From Lama glama (Eukaryota): 64,000 nucleotides of DNA. The position numbers and the translations under genes are program-made. The notes under the pieces are model-generated. The model did not search any database and was not told the origin of the DNA. It saw nothing but the letters and a program-made list of their open reading frames with translations. How positions within the stretch are numbered: position 1 is the stretch's first letter; each line of letters starts with the position of its first letter. The stretch spans positions 26,102,001-26,166,000 of the forward strand of contig CM052850.1 in NCBI GenBank assembly GCA_028534125.1, read 5' to 3'. Of this stretch, positions 1 through 12,389 are shown in pieces.

Positions 1-2419
1 GGCTGAGGTCACACACTTGCGGTCAGAACTGGAAGGAGGGACAGGAATCCTGGACCCTCTGCACAGGGGCCAGTGAAGAAACTGTGATGGGCCCAGAGTC
101 TAGGAAAGCCGCCAGCAAGAGCTACCACCAAGAACACAGTGCAGCGAGGAAGCCAGCCTCAAGTTACAAGTAACCAGCGGACAGGCGCTGGGAGCCGAGT
201 CCGCTGGCAGCCATGCTCACACCACGAGGTCCCGCCCGCAGACGGCCAGGCTTGTGAGGAGAGAGCCTGAGTCTGGCTGGCAGAGAGGCACAAGACAAGC
301 GGCCTCCTTCCCCTCTGAGGGGCCACCCCTGCAGCTCCCGTCCATGTCCGTGGGTCACCCCGCAGAGGCACACCTGTCCCCACCCTGCCCCTTGACAGCA
401 CAGCCCTCCCCAGGGGCCACCTCATCCCACAGGTCCTCAGCATCCCGCTCCAGGCCGCCACCCCGAAGACACCAACTGGCTCCTGGAAGTGTGTCTCGGG
501 TCTGGAACGTGATACAGCCTGTCCAGCCCCCAGACTTCCCGGAGCCTCCTCTGGAGACCCTAATCAGTCCTCCGACTGCCTCACACGCCCTCCGGCCCCT
601 GAGGGTCAGCGGTCTCCTCCCAGCTGGGGCTCAATTCCGCGTGGGCCCCTGGCCCCTGCAAGTAACTCCTGGCTTCCAGCCCTTGGTCCCCCGCAGCCGC
701 AAGGAGGAGGGGCAGACAGAGCAGGGCAGCAGGGCCCTCCCAGGGAACTGCGGGAGATGTGGTTTGCCCACCCGGTCCTGGGGGCCCGGGAGGTGATGGG
801 GAGGGGCTGAGGAGGGGCTGCGGGGCCTCGCTCTAGGGAAAGCGGTGGACGTGTGGAGGGGCAGGCGGGAGGCGGGACACCCCACGGAGTGCAGACAGGC
901 TCTCCCCGTGTGGCCTGGGACCTGCCCTTTCAGCACAGGCCTGGCCTTGCTCTGGGAGGGGAGGTCAGCGCCCCCCAGCTGGAGTGTCTCCACCTGCAAC
1001 CCCAGGGACAGGAGGCCACTTGGAGGCCCCCAGATTCGGAGGGCCAGAGTCTGGCTAGGCAGTGGTGGACGGCCCAACAGGGCAGGAAGAGGGAGGAAGA
1101 GGGCCCAGTGGTTCTGGGCCCGGCGTCCCCTGGCTTCCTCTGCAAGGGACACAGGGACGCAGGACCCAGAGCCCACCGCCTGCCCTGTGTCTAGGACCCT
1201 GCTGAGCCCTTTGCTCCTGTGCTAATCTCGTTCTCACGAGGTCACGTCATCTGCCCGTTTGCCAGGAAGAGGGAACAGAGGCTGGAGAGGTCCCTGCCGA
1301 GGTCACAGAGCGCACAAATTGCACAGCCCGCTCCGGAGCAAAGCTGCCCGCCAAGGGGCCCCTCAGGCACCATTCCTGGGCCCACATGGGGACTGAGGCC
1401 ACTGTCCCTGGGCCACGCACACCCCCTGCCCGTCCCTCCACCGCTCCTGACTTCTGGAGGTTAGGGCCCAGCGGGCCATCTCCCCCGGCTGGAGAGGTCT
1501 GCACCCCGGTAAGGTGTGGGATGCAGCCCAGCGGCAGGACAAGAGTGGTCAGCGGGCAGGGCTGAGAGCCGGTGGGGCCCCGAGCAGTCCCAGCCAGCTG
1601 GTTCCAGACTCTGCCTCTGTCCACTTCCCACCTGCAGCTCGCGGCGATGGCCAGCCCTGGCCCCGACGAGGCCACAACGACGCCGATGGGCAACAGCGCC
1701 GAGGGACAAAGAGGCGCCACTCCGACAGTGGGACAGTGCAGGGTGGAGCGCGCTCGCTCAGGACCGGGCGGGGGACAGGCTGGGAGCCTGGCTGCACAGG
1801 CCAGGGGAACAGGCTTGAGTCTGCCAAGCTGAGCCAGGTCCCGGAGGACAGAATAGGAAGGAGGCAATGCAGTGCTGACGTCCCGGAGGGGCAGGGCCCA
1901 AGGACCAGACGGCTCCTCTGTGGGAAGACCCCCAGCGGGGCACACAGGGCACCATGCCCGGGCCGGCGTGCACCTGACAGCCCGGACTGTGCTGTCCTCG
2001 GAGTTCATCTGAAGGGAACAGTTGGAGGGAAAACAGGCCATGCACATAGATGGTCGCTGCGCCCCCGAGAACAAGAGGGAGGGGGGCCCGGAGGCTGAAA
2101 GGAGCCTGCTTCATCCGACAGGAGGCCCAGGGAGGCCACACTGAGGGCAGAGTGACAGCCCCAGCTGCAGCGACCCAGGACAAGAGCCTGCAGATGGCAG
2201 GACGGGGGCCTAGAGGCCCGAGAGCAGGCGGAGGGATGGGCAGGCAGCAGGGGAGGGGGTGGGTAGCAGGCAGAGGCAGGAGAGCCCAGCCCAGCCCAAG
2301 AGGAGCGGCCCACCCGTCAGGAAACACAGCGGGAGGCCCCAAGGGCCAGGCACCCAGGGCGAGGCAGGCGCGGGGAGGGCGTCCCCGCAGGAAGCTAACT
2401 CACTAAGAGAGCGTATCCC

Positions 2420-2990
2420 AATTCACGGGACTTCAAATTAAAAACACCTGCTCTTAAAAGGACGCCAAAAAGACGGCCAGGCTCCGTAAGCCACAGGCAG
2501 GGAAAGCGCCCACAGGACAAAAGGCTGACAAAGAGGTTCAAAGCCGGCGTCCACAAGGAAGGGGCAACCCGACCTTCCTGGCTGTGTGAGAGACTCTCAG
2601 ACACAGACACAGAAGAGACACCCCGGGCGATCAACACCATCCAGCATCAGGGTGACGCAGACTGAAGCCTCAGGAGACACCACTTCACACCCACGAACCA
2701 GCCAAAGTCAGAGGCACGCCACGTGCGGCCGGCGAGGGTGTGGCGCCTGGAACCTCCCCACGCAGGAGCAGGAATGACAGCCAGAAGGACAGACAGCAGT
2801 TCCTCGAGGTGAACGCGTGCAACCCCACGCCAGGAAGTGAATGAAATCCCAGTGTGCGCCCGGGGGCAGCAGGCACCCAGCCGCCGGGCACGCACTTGCC
2901 AGCAAGGACGGGAGAACAGGTCAGCAGATGCGACACCAAAACTGAGGAAGCACTGCCACACACGGTCACATGCGACTCACAGGACCTCGG
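2420..2990 (+). mobile_element. Ancient L1M ORF2 3'-part fragment, heavily decayed
   Basis: ggacttcaaattaaaaacacctgctcttaaaaggac and catcagggtgacgcagactgaagcctcaggagacaccacttcacaccca resemble L1 ORF2 consensus blocks (recalled); boundaries approximate. Confidence 0.6.
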
Positions 2991-5900
2991 TGCGGAGCGA
3001 AGGCAGCCAACACAGATGCACACGGCCTGGCAGTTCCTCAAACAGGGACCCCCAGGTGCTGGCAGAACCGACCTGGGGACAGAAGTCAGAGCTGTGGGGG
3101 TGACCAGCAGGCACAGAAGCATTCTCCATCTCGTTTGGGGAGCTGGTACGTGGCGGTGCTCAACTCTCAACCCACCAGGCAGGAGACTTAAGGTCTGGGC
3201 CCTTCACTGCTTGCTCCTGACATCTCAGTGTGGACTAAGGACCGTCCTCCTCTGGGGGTCCAGTCGGGACCCCGAACCCTAAGGCAGGGCCTGGCTCAGG
3301 CAGGTTCTCTGCACATCTGCCAAGCGAGTGACTGACAGAAGGTGGCAGAATGACCGAGTGTGCCGGAGGGAGGAGGGGGCAGCAACAGCAGGTGGTGGCA
3401 GGGGGCGGCCAGCAGGTTCCGGGGCGAGGGCAAGCTCGGGGTGTTGGGAGACCAGAAAGAAGCTGGAGGTGTGGGGGGCAAGAGGCACAGCCGGAGGAAG
3501 AACTGCAGGTCCCCTGAACGCTGATGCGTGGAAAGCATGGGGCCGGTGCTCCCGGGTGGCAGGAGTGTCAAGGGCAAGAACCCTGGCTCCAGGGGCCAGC
3601 AGATCTGCCGCCGATGGGCACTGTCCCCGTAACGCCACCCTAAGCCCCTGTGCGCTCATCCACGAAACGGCGCCACACCTGCTCACCTCTTAGGACTAAA
3701 CGTGCAGAAAACAGGAAAGTCAGGGGAGACTAGAAAACCAGGGGCCCCGGGCCAGGCAGAGGCAGCAGACTGTGCGTGGTGGGAAGTGGGCAGCTCTTGG
3801 GTGTCCCTGGAAAGCCACTCAGTCATGGACACACCTAGACCCAGGGCCAGAAGCCTGGGCCAGGAGGGCAAGGCGGTCCCGAGTCTGCCCGTGGACATGG
3901 ATGGAGGCTGCAGAGGAGGTGGGATGACGAGTGGACACTGAGTCGGGAAAGCAACGCAGGTGTGCCCACGTGACCCATCCGCTGGAGGAGGCGGTCAGGG
4001 CCGCCGCCCACACGGGCACGCGGGGACCGAGGCCTTGTGCTCCAGGGGGCTGGGGAGCTGAGGCCCTGCGACCTCGTACTCAGAGAGGCAGCTTGTCAAC
4101 CACACCCAGACACGAGGCGAGCCTGCTGGGAGGCGCTCACCCGGGGGCCTGGGCAGCGTGGGCGGCCTGCTCTCGGGTGAATCAGCACCCGCCCCCACCC
4201 CGGGGGAGGAGGCAGAGACACACAGCACCAAGCCTGCTCGGAGCTCTGGGAGGCCGCGTCCTGTGGTCACTACCATCCCGGCCGTCCGCGAGGGGAGAGG
4301 AGGGGGAAGCCGCTGCGGCGGCGGCTGCATTTCCTTTTAAAAAGCTCCCTTTAGTGCTGTTAGGACGATGCGTTGTTTTAAATGGTGTTTTAACCATAAA
4401 CAAAAATCAAGTAATTGAGGGGGGGAGGGGGGGAGGCTGGAGGTTCTGGGCCCCTCCCTGGGGCCCCTGCCCAGGAGGCCCCTCTGGCCTGACCACAGTC
4501 ACCACCTTTGGCTGCTCCCACAGGCCCAAGCCATCTGTACACGTAGCGATTCTGTTCTTCTGTGTTCCCCCAGAGGGGGACGGCCACTAAGGGGCAGGGG
4601 AGGCAAGGATAGCCAGGGAGGGATGGGCCTCCCCCAGCCTCAGCTCTGGGGCTGGGACAGCTCCCCACCACGTGCTCAGGTCACAGACCCGGATGCACGC
4701 AGAGTCCCGAGCCCCCACCTGCTGTCAGGACAGAGGCAGGGCCCCTGGCAGAGCTGGCGGGCGCTTGGGCCCGTTTCAGCCGCCCGTTCACTGGGAAAGG
4801 AAACCACAAGAGGCAGCCGAGGTGGCCACGGTCCCTCTTTGTCCTGGGGCAGAAGCAGAGGCCCGGCTATATTTACTTACAGAGAAAAACAGTGCAGGTC
4901 GGAGCCTGGTAAACAGCTGGCCCCGTTACAGGGAACCAAAAATACTCCCTATAATTATGGTGTTAAAACACACCAGAGAAGTCGACCCGCCCGCTCAGCA
5001 ACAGCCCCGCGATGGCGCAGAGACTGGGGAGGCCAAGCACGCTGGCCCGAGGGTGCCCTGGAGTCACCGGGCGGCTGCCCGTCACACCCCCTCAGGACCA
5101 CCGAGGCCTGGTCCCAGACTCACCGCCAGCCCAGGAGGCTCCTGATCCCAGCTCACCCCTGGAAACACGCTCCTCTGTGAGCAGGCAGGGGGAGCGCTGC
5201 TGTGGCCCCCAGGACCTAGAGTCACCTCACCCCACGCGCAGGGACCACAGCAGCGTTGGGCCCCCGGCCACTGACCAAGGCTTTCTCCTGAGAACGGGGA
5301 GAAAGGGGTGAAAAAGGATCTTAATCTTCTCTGGCATTTCACTGCTGCATGACAAGTATTCATACATCACTCGTGTAATTAAATCTAAATTAAAAACATC
5401 AAAGCAGATGGAGGGGATTGAGCCGCAGCCCTCCCCAGCCCTGCTCCTGCCGCGCCCTCCCCATCCCACCCCACCCAGACCCTCGACTGGCCACCACCAG
5501 GGCATCAGAGCCCCCCACTCCCCAGACCACCTGTTCGCTTCATTCCACAAAGGGCCCGACCTGGGGGCGCTGCACCTGTCTGGTGCCTTGAATCTGCCAT
5601 CCTGCCCCCTCCCCAGCCTGGCTGACCGCCTCTCTCCCTCCAGCAGACGGGTCTCCCCAGGCCTGTCCAGCCCCGTGCTCGGGTGGGCTCTTGTTCTGCG
5701 TGGTGTTGCTGGGGGCACACCGCTGGGTACAGGTCACCAGCTGCCCTGTTTCCTTCCATCCGTGCTTAGCAAAGTGTGAACAAACGCGGCAAAGACACCT
5801 ACAGAAACAAGGCACCGGGAGCTGGGGGGACCCAGACCTGCCTTCACAGCAAGGAGCCCTCAGCCTGGTGAGAAAGGAGAACTGGCCCGGCCCCTCCCAC

Positions 5901-6369
5901 GCCCGCCACCACTGGCCCTGAACCAGAACCTAGGCTCCTGTCCAGAGCTCTGTCCCGTGAGACCTGGGTGAGAGAACGCTTGAATGAACTGGGAGGACTG
6001 GGAGAGGTCCCACGTGAGCCCAGGAATCCGTGCAGGCGGGCGTCACACTCGGGGGCTGGGGGCCGGCTGCTGGCTGCCGGCTGCCGGCTGCAGACACCTC
6101 GGGCCCTGCACACCACGCCTCCCCCTCCTGGGAGCTGCCTGAGGCTGGCTGGGCTGACCTGCGTGCGGGGACCCTGGTGGTGGGCCGCCTTCCACTCCGG
6201 CCCCCAGAGGCCCAGCCGGGCTGCTGGCCACCGGCACTGAGGCTGGGCCGGCACATCTGGGAAAGCGCTCCGGGGCTCTGGGCCCTCCAGGACGGTGAGT
6301 GGGAGGGCTGCCCTGCCCCTACTCCAGTCCAGAGGCAGAGATCAGAGACCTGGGATCAGCCTTGAAGCT

Positions 6370-6440
6370 TTTATTGTCTCATTTACAGGCAAGGAAACTG
6401 AGGCGCAGAGAGAGGGGTGAGGGCCTGGCCAGTTCAGCGC
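6370..6440. mobile_element. MIR core fragment
   Basis: ctcatttacaggcaaggaaactgaggcgcagagag; similar decayed pieces at about 12070-12150, 26990-27035, 48045-48110 and 48425-48455. Confidence 0.6.
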
Positions 6441-9400
6441 AGGGCAGAGGCTGCTGCCACCCACAGACCCCTCCAGCAAAGCCAGCCTCCCCCCTCTGCT
6501 CCCTGAGACCTTCCACCCAGGCCCTCCCACAGGTAACACCCCGCCCACAGAAGGGGTGGGACTCACCTGCCCAGGGAAGGAACAGATTTCATCCCCAGAT
6601 TCATTTCCTGCCTGTGTGTTCTTGGGGGAGTGGATGAACTCCCCCAGGAAACAGGCTTAACTCAACTCAGAGGGGTTCAAAGGTCAAGAGTGGGACGGAG
6701 CTCAGCCCAGAGCACCTGCAACCTCTCCGGCGCAGCCTCAGGCTCCGGCCCCTGCTCCCCCCGAGGGAAAGCGGGAGGCAGGCACCCAAGGCCGCTGCCT
6801 CGCAGAAGCCGCGTCTGAAGTGCTCCACGTCTTCACCGTGTCGAGGAGTGAGACTGCTTCAGTAACCAGAAGGAAAAACTCTCCACAGAAAGGAACCTGC
6901 ATAAAAATATCTGTCTCTGTGTTTCTAAAGCAGATGACAGACAAAAGGCCAGCGTCACTGGACTCTAAGGAGAGGGGTTTCTGAGGACCAGGGTGGTCAA
7001 GAGCAGCTGGAGGCGGCCGGAGGGGCCTCCTGTAGTGGCTGGTTCTGTCTCACGACACTGCAAACCAAAGGCAGTCCCCTGCGGCTGTGCTCAGAGCAGG
7101 CGGGGCTCCTTTGCCTCTTGGTCTCTGAGCCCCGAAAGCAAATGCAGTGCCATTTCAGAGGGAGCGCGCCACCCAGGAGGCAGCCCTGGGGCCAGGATCC
7201 AGATCCTCCCCACCATCCACACTTCCTCTGCAGGGCCCTTCCCGCTGGGCCCGGCTGCCAGGGAGATGACCACAGGTGACCCGTCCTCAGCTCCCAGGCT
7301 GACCCCAGCCCCTTCCTGAAAACACACACACTGACCCCTCAGGTCCCATCAGCCAGGCACCCCCGTCCTGTGACTCATTCACTCTTCTGAGGGCCTGCAG
7401 GAGGCAGTGTCTCCTCCCAAAGGCTGCACAGGAAAGCAAGCCCCACCCCTCGCTCTGCAGGCCTCTGGACGGGACAGACCTGGGCTCTCCACTGGCTCTG
7501 AGCACCTAGTTGAGCATCACCCCCGGCCAGGGGGGACTCTCAGGCCGGGGTCCCAGCAGGGCCCTGCCGTCCCAGGCCTCCGTCTTCCCACTGAGATGGT
7601 GGTAGTGAAAACGCTACGAAAAGGAGGAAGTGTCCCCATTCTCAACAGTAACACGACAGCGACAATCAGGCTGGCGCAGGTGACGCCCAGCGCATGGTGG
7701 GCGGGCCCGCGAGGCAGGAGGCCCATCCGACAGGCAGAGCCACAACACCGCGCTGCGTGTTTCCCGAGCCACTGACACAATTCCAGCGCCCTAACCGCAT
7801 TCTAACCACCTGCCCAGCGGCCAGTGTTTGTTTCTGGATGGCCCTTCGCTCAAGAGTCGGGAGGCGTGGCCCATTCCCTGGGAATCACACAGCGTTCTGC
7901 CCTGATGTCGCTCTAGAACCTTCCAGCCATGGGTCCTGACTCCCCAGGGCTGCAGGCACAACAGGCAAGCCATCTGAGGCCGTCACCCTTCTTGGGGGAG
8001 CTGGGGAGTCCCTGTCATGACCAGGAGGTGGAGGTGGGATTGTCGGGGAGTCCAGCTGGGCGTGGCGTGGAGGAGGGGGCACCCCAGGATGACTCAAACC
8101 CTCACCAGCCGGCTCAGGGCACCAGTCTGACTAACACCCTCTGAAGGCCTAATCCAGCACCCACCACTCACTATGAAAACACGGCAGAACTAGCCATTGC
8201 TACCAGAGCTCATCACAGAGCGAGGTGGCGCTCAGAAGGCAGCCAGCTGGGCCTTGCCCACAGCAACACAGCAAGGCCCCCTCCCCCGGACCGGAGAGCC
8301 AGCCCCCACTCTCAGGAGTCTCCAGGGCAGGACTCTTGGCCAGCTCAACATCACCCTGCCCTGAAGCTTAAAAATTACCAAAGGCCGAGCCCCACGGCCA
8401 GGCACAGAATCCACGTGGGGTGTGGCCTGGGCGCCAGCCTTTTTTTTTTTAATTAATAGACTTTATTTGGGGGGCAGTTTTAAGTTTAACTGAGTAAAGC
8501 ACACAAAGAATCAGTCATCAGCATGTGCGAAGCTCCCAGCTGACTCCAGCATGGTGCAGGGGGGAGCCCGGAGCCAGCCCGCCGCTGCGACCGGAGAAGC
8601 AGAGGGCCACCCCCGTCACCCACCTGGGTGGCAGCCAGGAGCCCGAGAACCCAGGCTAATTCTCACAAGCAGCAAACCCCAGCCCGGCCACTAGTTCTGG
8701 CACAGCCCACAAGGTAGGAGTGGCGGTTACAGTTTTTAACAGTCGGGAAAAATATCAGAAGAGTTCATGATGTGAAAATATTTACTCCGCAGACCATCGC
8801 AGGAAAAGCCTGCCGACCCTGCCCCAGGAAGCCACGCCGCTGGGGGAGGGCGGCCCTCCGGAGGGAGCCCCACCCGGGCAGGCCTAACAATTCCCTGCCG
8901 GTCTTCAGAGGCCAAGTGGCCGCAGGTGTGCTGCGGGGCCCTCAGAAGCGAACCTGCACCTCTGAGACGCTCACCAGGAGCTTCCAAGCCCAACCGCCTC
9001 CCGCTGGGTCTGTTCGGCTTGTCTGTAACGTCTGTTTTCCAGAGACACCACGCATCCCTGAGCACATCCCAGGCCGCTCTGTCCACACCAAGGCTGACTC
9101 AGACCCTCCTCCCCGACCTCAATGGTTTTCATTGATTCCTGTCCTGAAAATTTCCCCAAGTTTCACCACCTTTCTCTGCTACAAATCAAAACACTGTCTG
9201 GGAGCAGGCTGCTCTGGGTCCCCTGGCCTCTGGAGCCTGCTCCTACCTTTCACAGAAGTTGGCAGAGCCCACCTGGAGTGACTGAAGGAGCTCTGGAAAG
9301 GTTTTAAAAGTAAAAACACCTCCACCCACTGAGGTCCGGAAGACCTCCATCCACAGGCAGACTCACAATGCAAACCATTCCACGTTTCCGTGAATTAATC

Positions 9401-9989
9401 CAATCAGACCACTTTCCAGCTCACACCCAGTAGAGACAGCCCAGTGGAGGTGAGGGCTGAGGGCCGGCATGTGAAGGGTGGAATGAGTCTCCCGCACCCC
9501 GCCCTGGGCACAGGGAGGCCAGAAGGGGTGTCCAAAGAGGGGAGGGGCCGCCAGGCACAAGAACCAAGCAACGTGCTTTCGGGAAGGGGCACCGAAGGTA
9601 TGGCAGGCGGCGGGCACTGATGTCAAGGTTGGGGACCCTCATATCTCGATGCCAGAGCCTTCTGGGGGGGCATTCCCACCCCCAGCCCAGCGGGCCCCTC
9701 CCACAGCACTAGAGCTCAACGGAGTAAGCCAGGGCACCAGGAAGGGCAGGGAGGAACACAAACTATTTTTTTCCAGAGCACGGGCCTTCCCTAGTCGCGC
9801 ACGGGGTGGGGACGGGAAGGGGAAGGGTGAGGGGGGCCGAGCCCAGGGCACGACGTTAGTTCTGCTCCGGAGGCTCCAGATTAAACAGCTCCAGGCAGGA
9901 AGACCGCCTTCTCCCAGATTGGTCAGGAAGTCATGATGCAAGTTTGCAATTTTTTTTTTAATACGAAAGAGAAAAAGAGATTCGTGCCC

Positions 9990-11330
9990 CCCTCACCAGC
10001 GCTCCAGCCCCTCCCAGAGGGGCCAGCACCGTACCCCACCCCCGTGCCCCTACGCCCAGCGCCCCGGGCGGAGGCCCTAACCGCCCTCTCTGGGGGCGCT
10101 GGCTGCCCGCCCCCGTGGGCGCCCGGGTGCCATCTGCCCGCCGCCCCGCCGCCGCCCTCCCAGCCTGGCGCTCGGACGGGCCCGGCCTCCCCGGCCGCCG
10201 CGGCGCTCTCATGCTTCTGGAATGCGGGCGCCCAGGGCCGCGCGTCCCGGGGAATCTCCGCGCCCGCCCGCGCACGGTCCTAGCCCCGGCCAGCCTCACT
10301 GGGCGGCGGGGCCGGAAGGCTGCGAGCAGGGACGCAGACCTTGTCCCAGCACGGCGCCCGCCGCGCCCGCCCGACTCACCGGCCAGAAGCGCGAAGGGCA
10401 GCAGCAGCCAGTAGAGGACGGCGCCGAGCACGTGCGGCTCCATGCCCGAGGGGCCCGCGGGGCCGGCCCGGGGTCGCTCGGCCTCCGCGGCGCTAAGGGG
10501 CGGCGCGGGGGATCCGGGGCCCGCGCGCCATGGCGCACAGGGCGGGTCGCCGCACGTGCCGCGCGCCGCGGCCAGGGCCCGGCTGGTCGGCGGGGACGGG
10601 AGCGCCTCCGCGCCCTCCTGCTCCTGCTCCTACGGCCGGTGCCCGCCGTGCCCCGCGGGTGCCGACGGCCGAGGCCTGCGCTCGCCCCGGTGGGAGTCCT
10701 GCCCCGCGGCGGAGCGCAGCGCGCGGCTCTGGGCTCCTTGCGGAGGCCGAGCTGGGCCGGACGCGGCTCGGCGGCTCCCTCCTCCCTCGGCCCGCCCGCG
10801 GGCCTTTATAGGCTCGGCCCCCCGCCCTCCCGGCGTGCCCGCCTCCGCGCCTCCCCGACGGCCCTGCGCACTCCGGCGCGCCCTCCGCGGCTCCACGCGG
10901 CGCGCGCCGCCCCCGGCCCTCCTGGACGCGGCCGGCCGGCAGGGACCCGACACCGCCGTGCGGCGCACGCCCCGGGAAGACCCCGGGTCTCAACAGCCTA
11001 GGCGCTGCAGCTCCGCGTCGCGTGGGGACGGGCAGGCGCCACTTTTCCGCCGGCGGATCCCGCTGGAGCGCTCGTTAAAGGCCGGGCTTTCCCGGGCAGC
11101 ACCCCACGCGCAACTGCGCCCCGCGTGGCAGGAGCGGCTGAGGCTTCGCTCCCGCGGACGTGAGCCCGCAGCGCCCCCTGGGGACCACGGGGTGGCTCGG
11201 AGGCCCCGCGCTCAGGGCCAGGGCCACCGCGGAGCGGTGGATCAGGTGGGAGGCCCCGCGAAGCCCGCCGGGGGCTGGGGGCCGCTTCCACTCGCGCCCG
11301 CCACCACCCCCGGCTCTGCCTTCATCATGT
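9990..11330. promoter_or_regulatory. PIEZO1 promoter CpG island with TATA box (TATAAA on minus strand, 10805-10810)
   Basis: Very high CpG density around exon 1. The only TATA-like element in the island is tttata at 10805-10810, implying a TSS near 10775-10780 (inference). Boundaries approximate. Confidence 0.8.
10380..10443 (-). CDS. PIEZO1: PIEZO1 mechanosensitive cation channel, coding exon 1 (gene continues off the left end; 1..10379 is intron 1)
   Basis: Translates MEPHVLGAVLYWLLLPFALLA, matching the mammalian PIEZO1 N-terminus (human MEPHVLGAVLYWLLLPCALLA). Followed by a phase-1 donor G|GTGAGT at 10379. Lies in a CpG island, in the expected position next to CDT1. Confidence 0.96.
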
Positions 11331-12389
11331 TGCTGTAGGAGGGAAGTGACAACTGCCCTGGGGCGGACAGGGCAGGGTCTGAGCCCAGGCTGTGCTGGGC
11401 ACTTCCCCCAAGCCCCCTAGGCTGTCCTTCACCACCCTTGAGTTGGGTTGGGAAAGAAGAAAGGGAGAGGGTCACACAGTGTTAGAGGCAGAGCCCACCA
11501 GGGTGCCTGGGCTCAGTCCTGGGTGAGGGACTGAGGAGCCTGGTGGGTGCGGGGGACCCCGAGAGTCTGCAGCCCGCACTGCCCGGCTCCAGGCGGGCTG
11601 AGGATGCCAGCTCCAACACAGCCCCTGACCCTCCCACAACGCTGACTTCCCTGAAGTCTGGTGTTTAAATGCTAATTGGTTTTCTACCCGCCTCTCCTTC
11701 TGCCTGCTCGTTCCTGTCTTAACTCCCGGCCAGAGTCATGTCTGATCCTGGACTTTTTCTAGACCCCTTGAGACTTGTAGCCTTAGGGTCCTCCCCAAGG
11801 TCAGAGCTAGGGACGTGCGGTCTAGCTAATTGAGAGTTCCAGGACCCACCTGTAAATACGGCATGTTCTCAGCCTCTTGCAGAGATGGCTGGAACCACCC
11901 TCAAGTTCAGGCCCAAATCTAGCCACCTGCGGCCGTCCCTTGGCAAGGACTGCAGCCAGGGTCTCTGAGCAGTGCCAGGGTCAACAGAGGTGCCAGAAGG
12001 ATATCCCCCAGCAGCTCCACTGGCTGCTGGCCTCATGCCCCAGGAGGCAAGTCTCCTCTTGGTGCCTCAGGGGCATCTATGGGATGGGGTGGGTGCCCAG
12101 CTGCAGAATTGTGAGGATTTAAGAGGAGACTGTGTAAAAGTTGACGTGAAGTAACACGCATCCTTGAGGGGTTACCATCAGTCCCCTTGGTTACCCCCAT
12201 CATCATTCTTACCTGGGCTGTGGGCTAGAGAGGCGGGGTGAGGGGCGCTCACCCAGAATGCCAGCGGTGGGAGGCATCAGGATTAGGGCTCCCCTCGCCC
12301 TGTCCTCTGCCTGGCCTGCCCTCGGGGTGACCAGGGGTCAGCTGGAGCCCCTCTCGGGACACTGACGTCCACCTGCACAGGGCCTTGTT

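Noticed and set aside
4567-4597. CTCF-like motifs (CCACTAAGGGGCAG and others)
   Set aside because: Mismatch in the core, and such near-matches are frequent in GC-rich DNA; not supportable without a PWM scan or ChIP.
10222-11338. Long ORFs (259 and 298 aa) over the PIEZO1 CpG island
   Set aside because: Low-complexity Arg/Pro/Gly/Ala translations expected where stop codons are rare; no domain recognisable.
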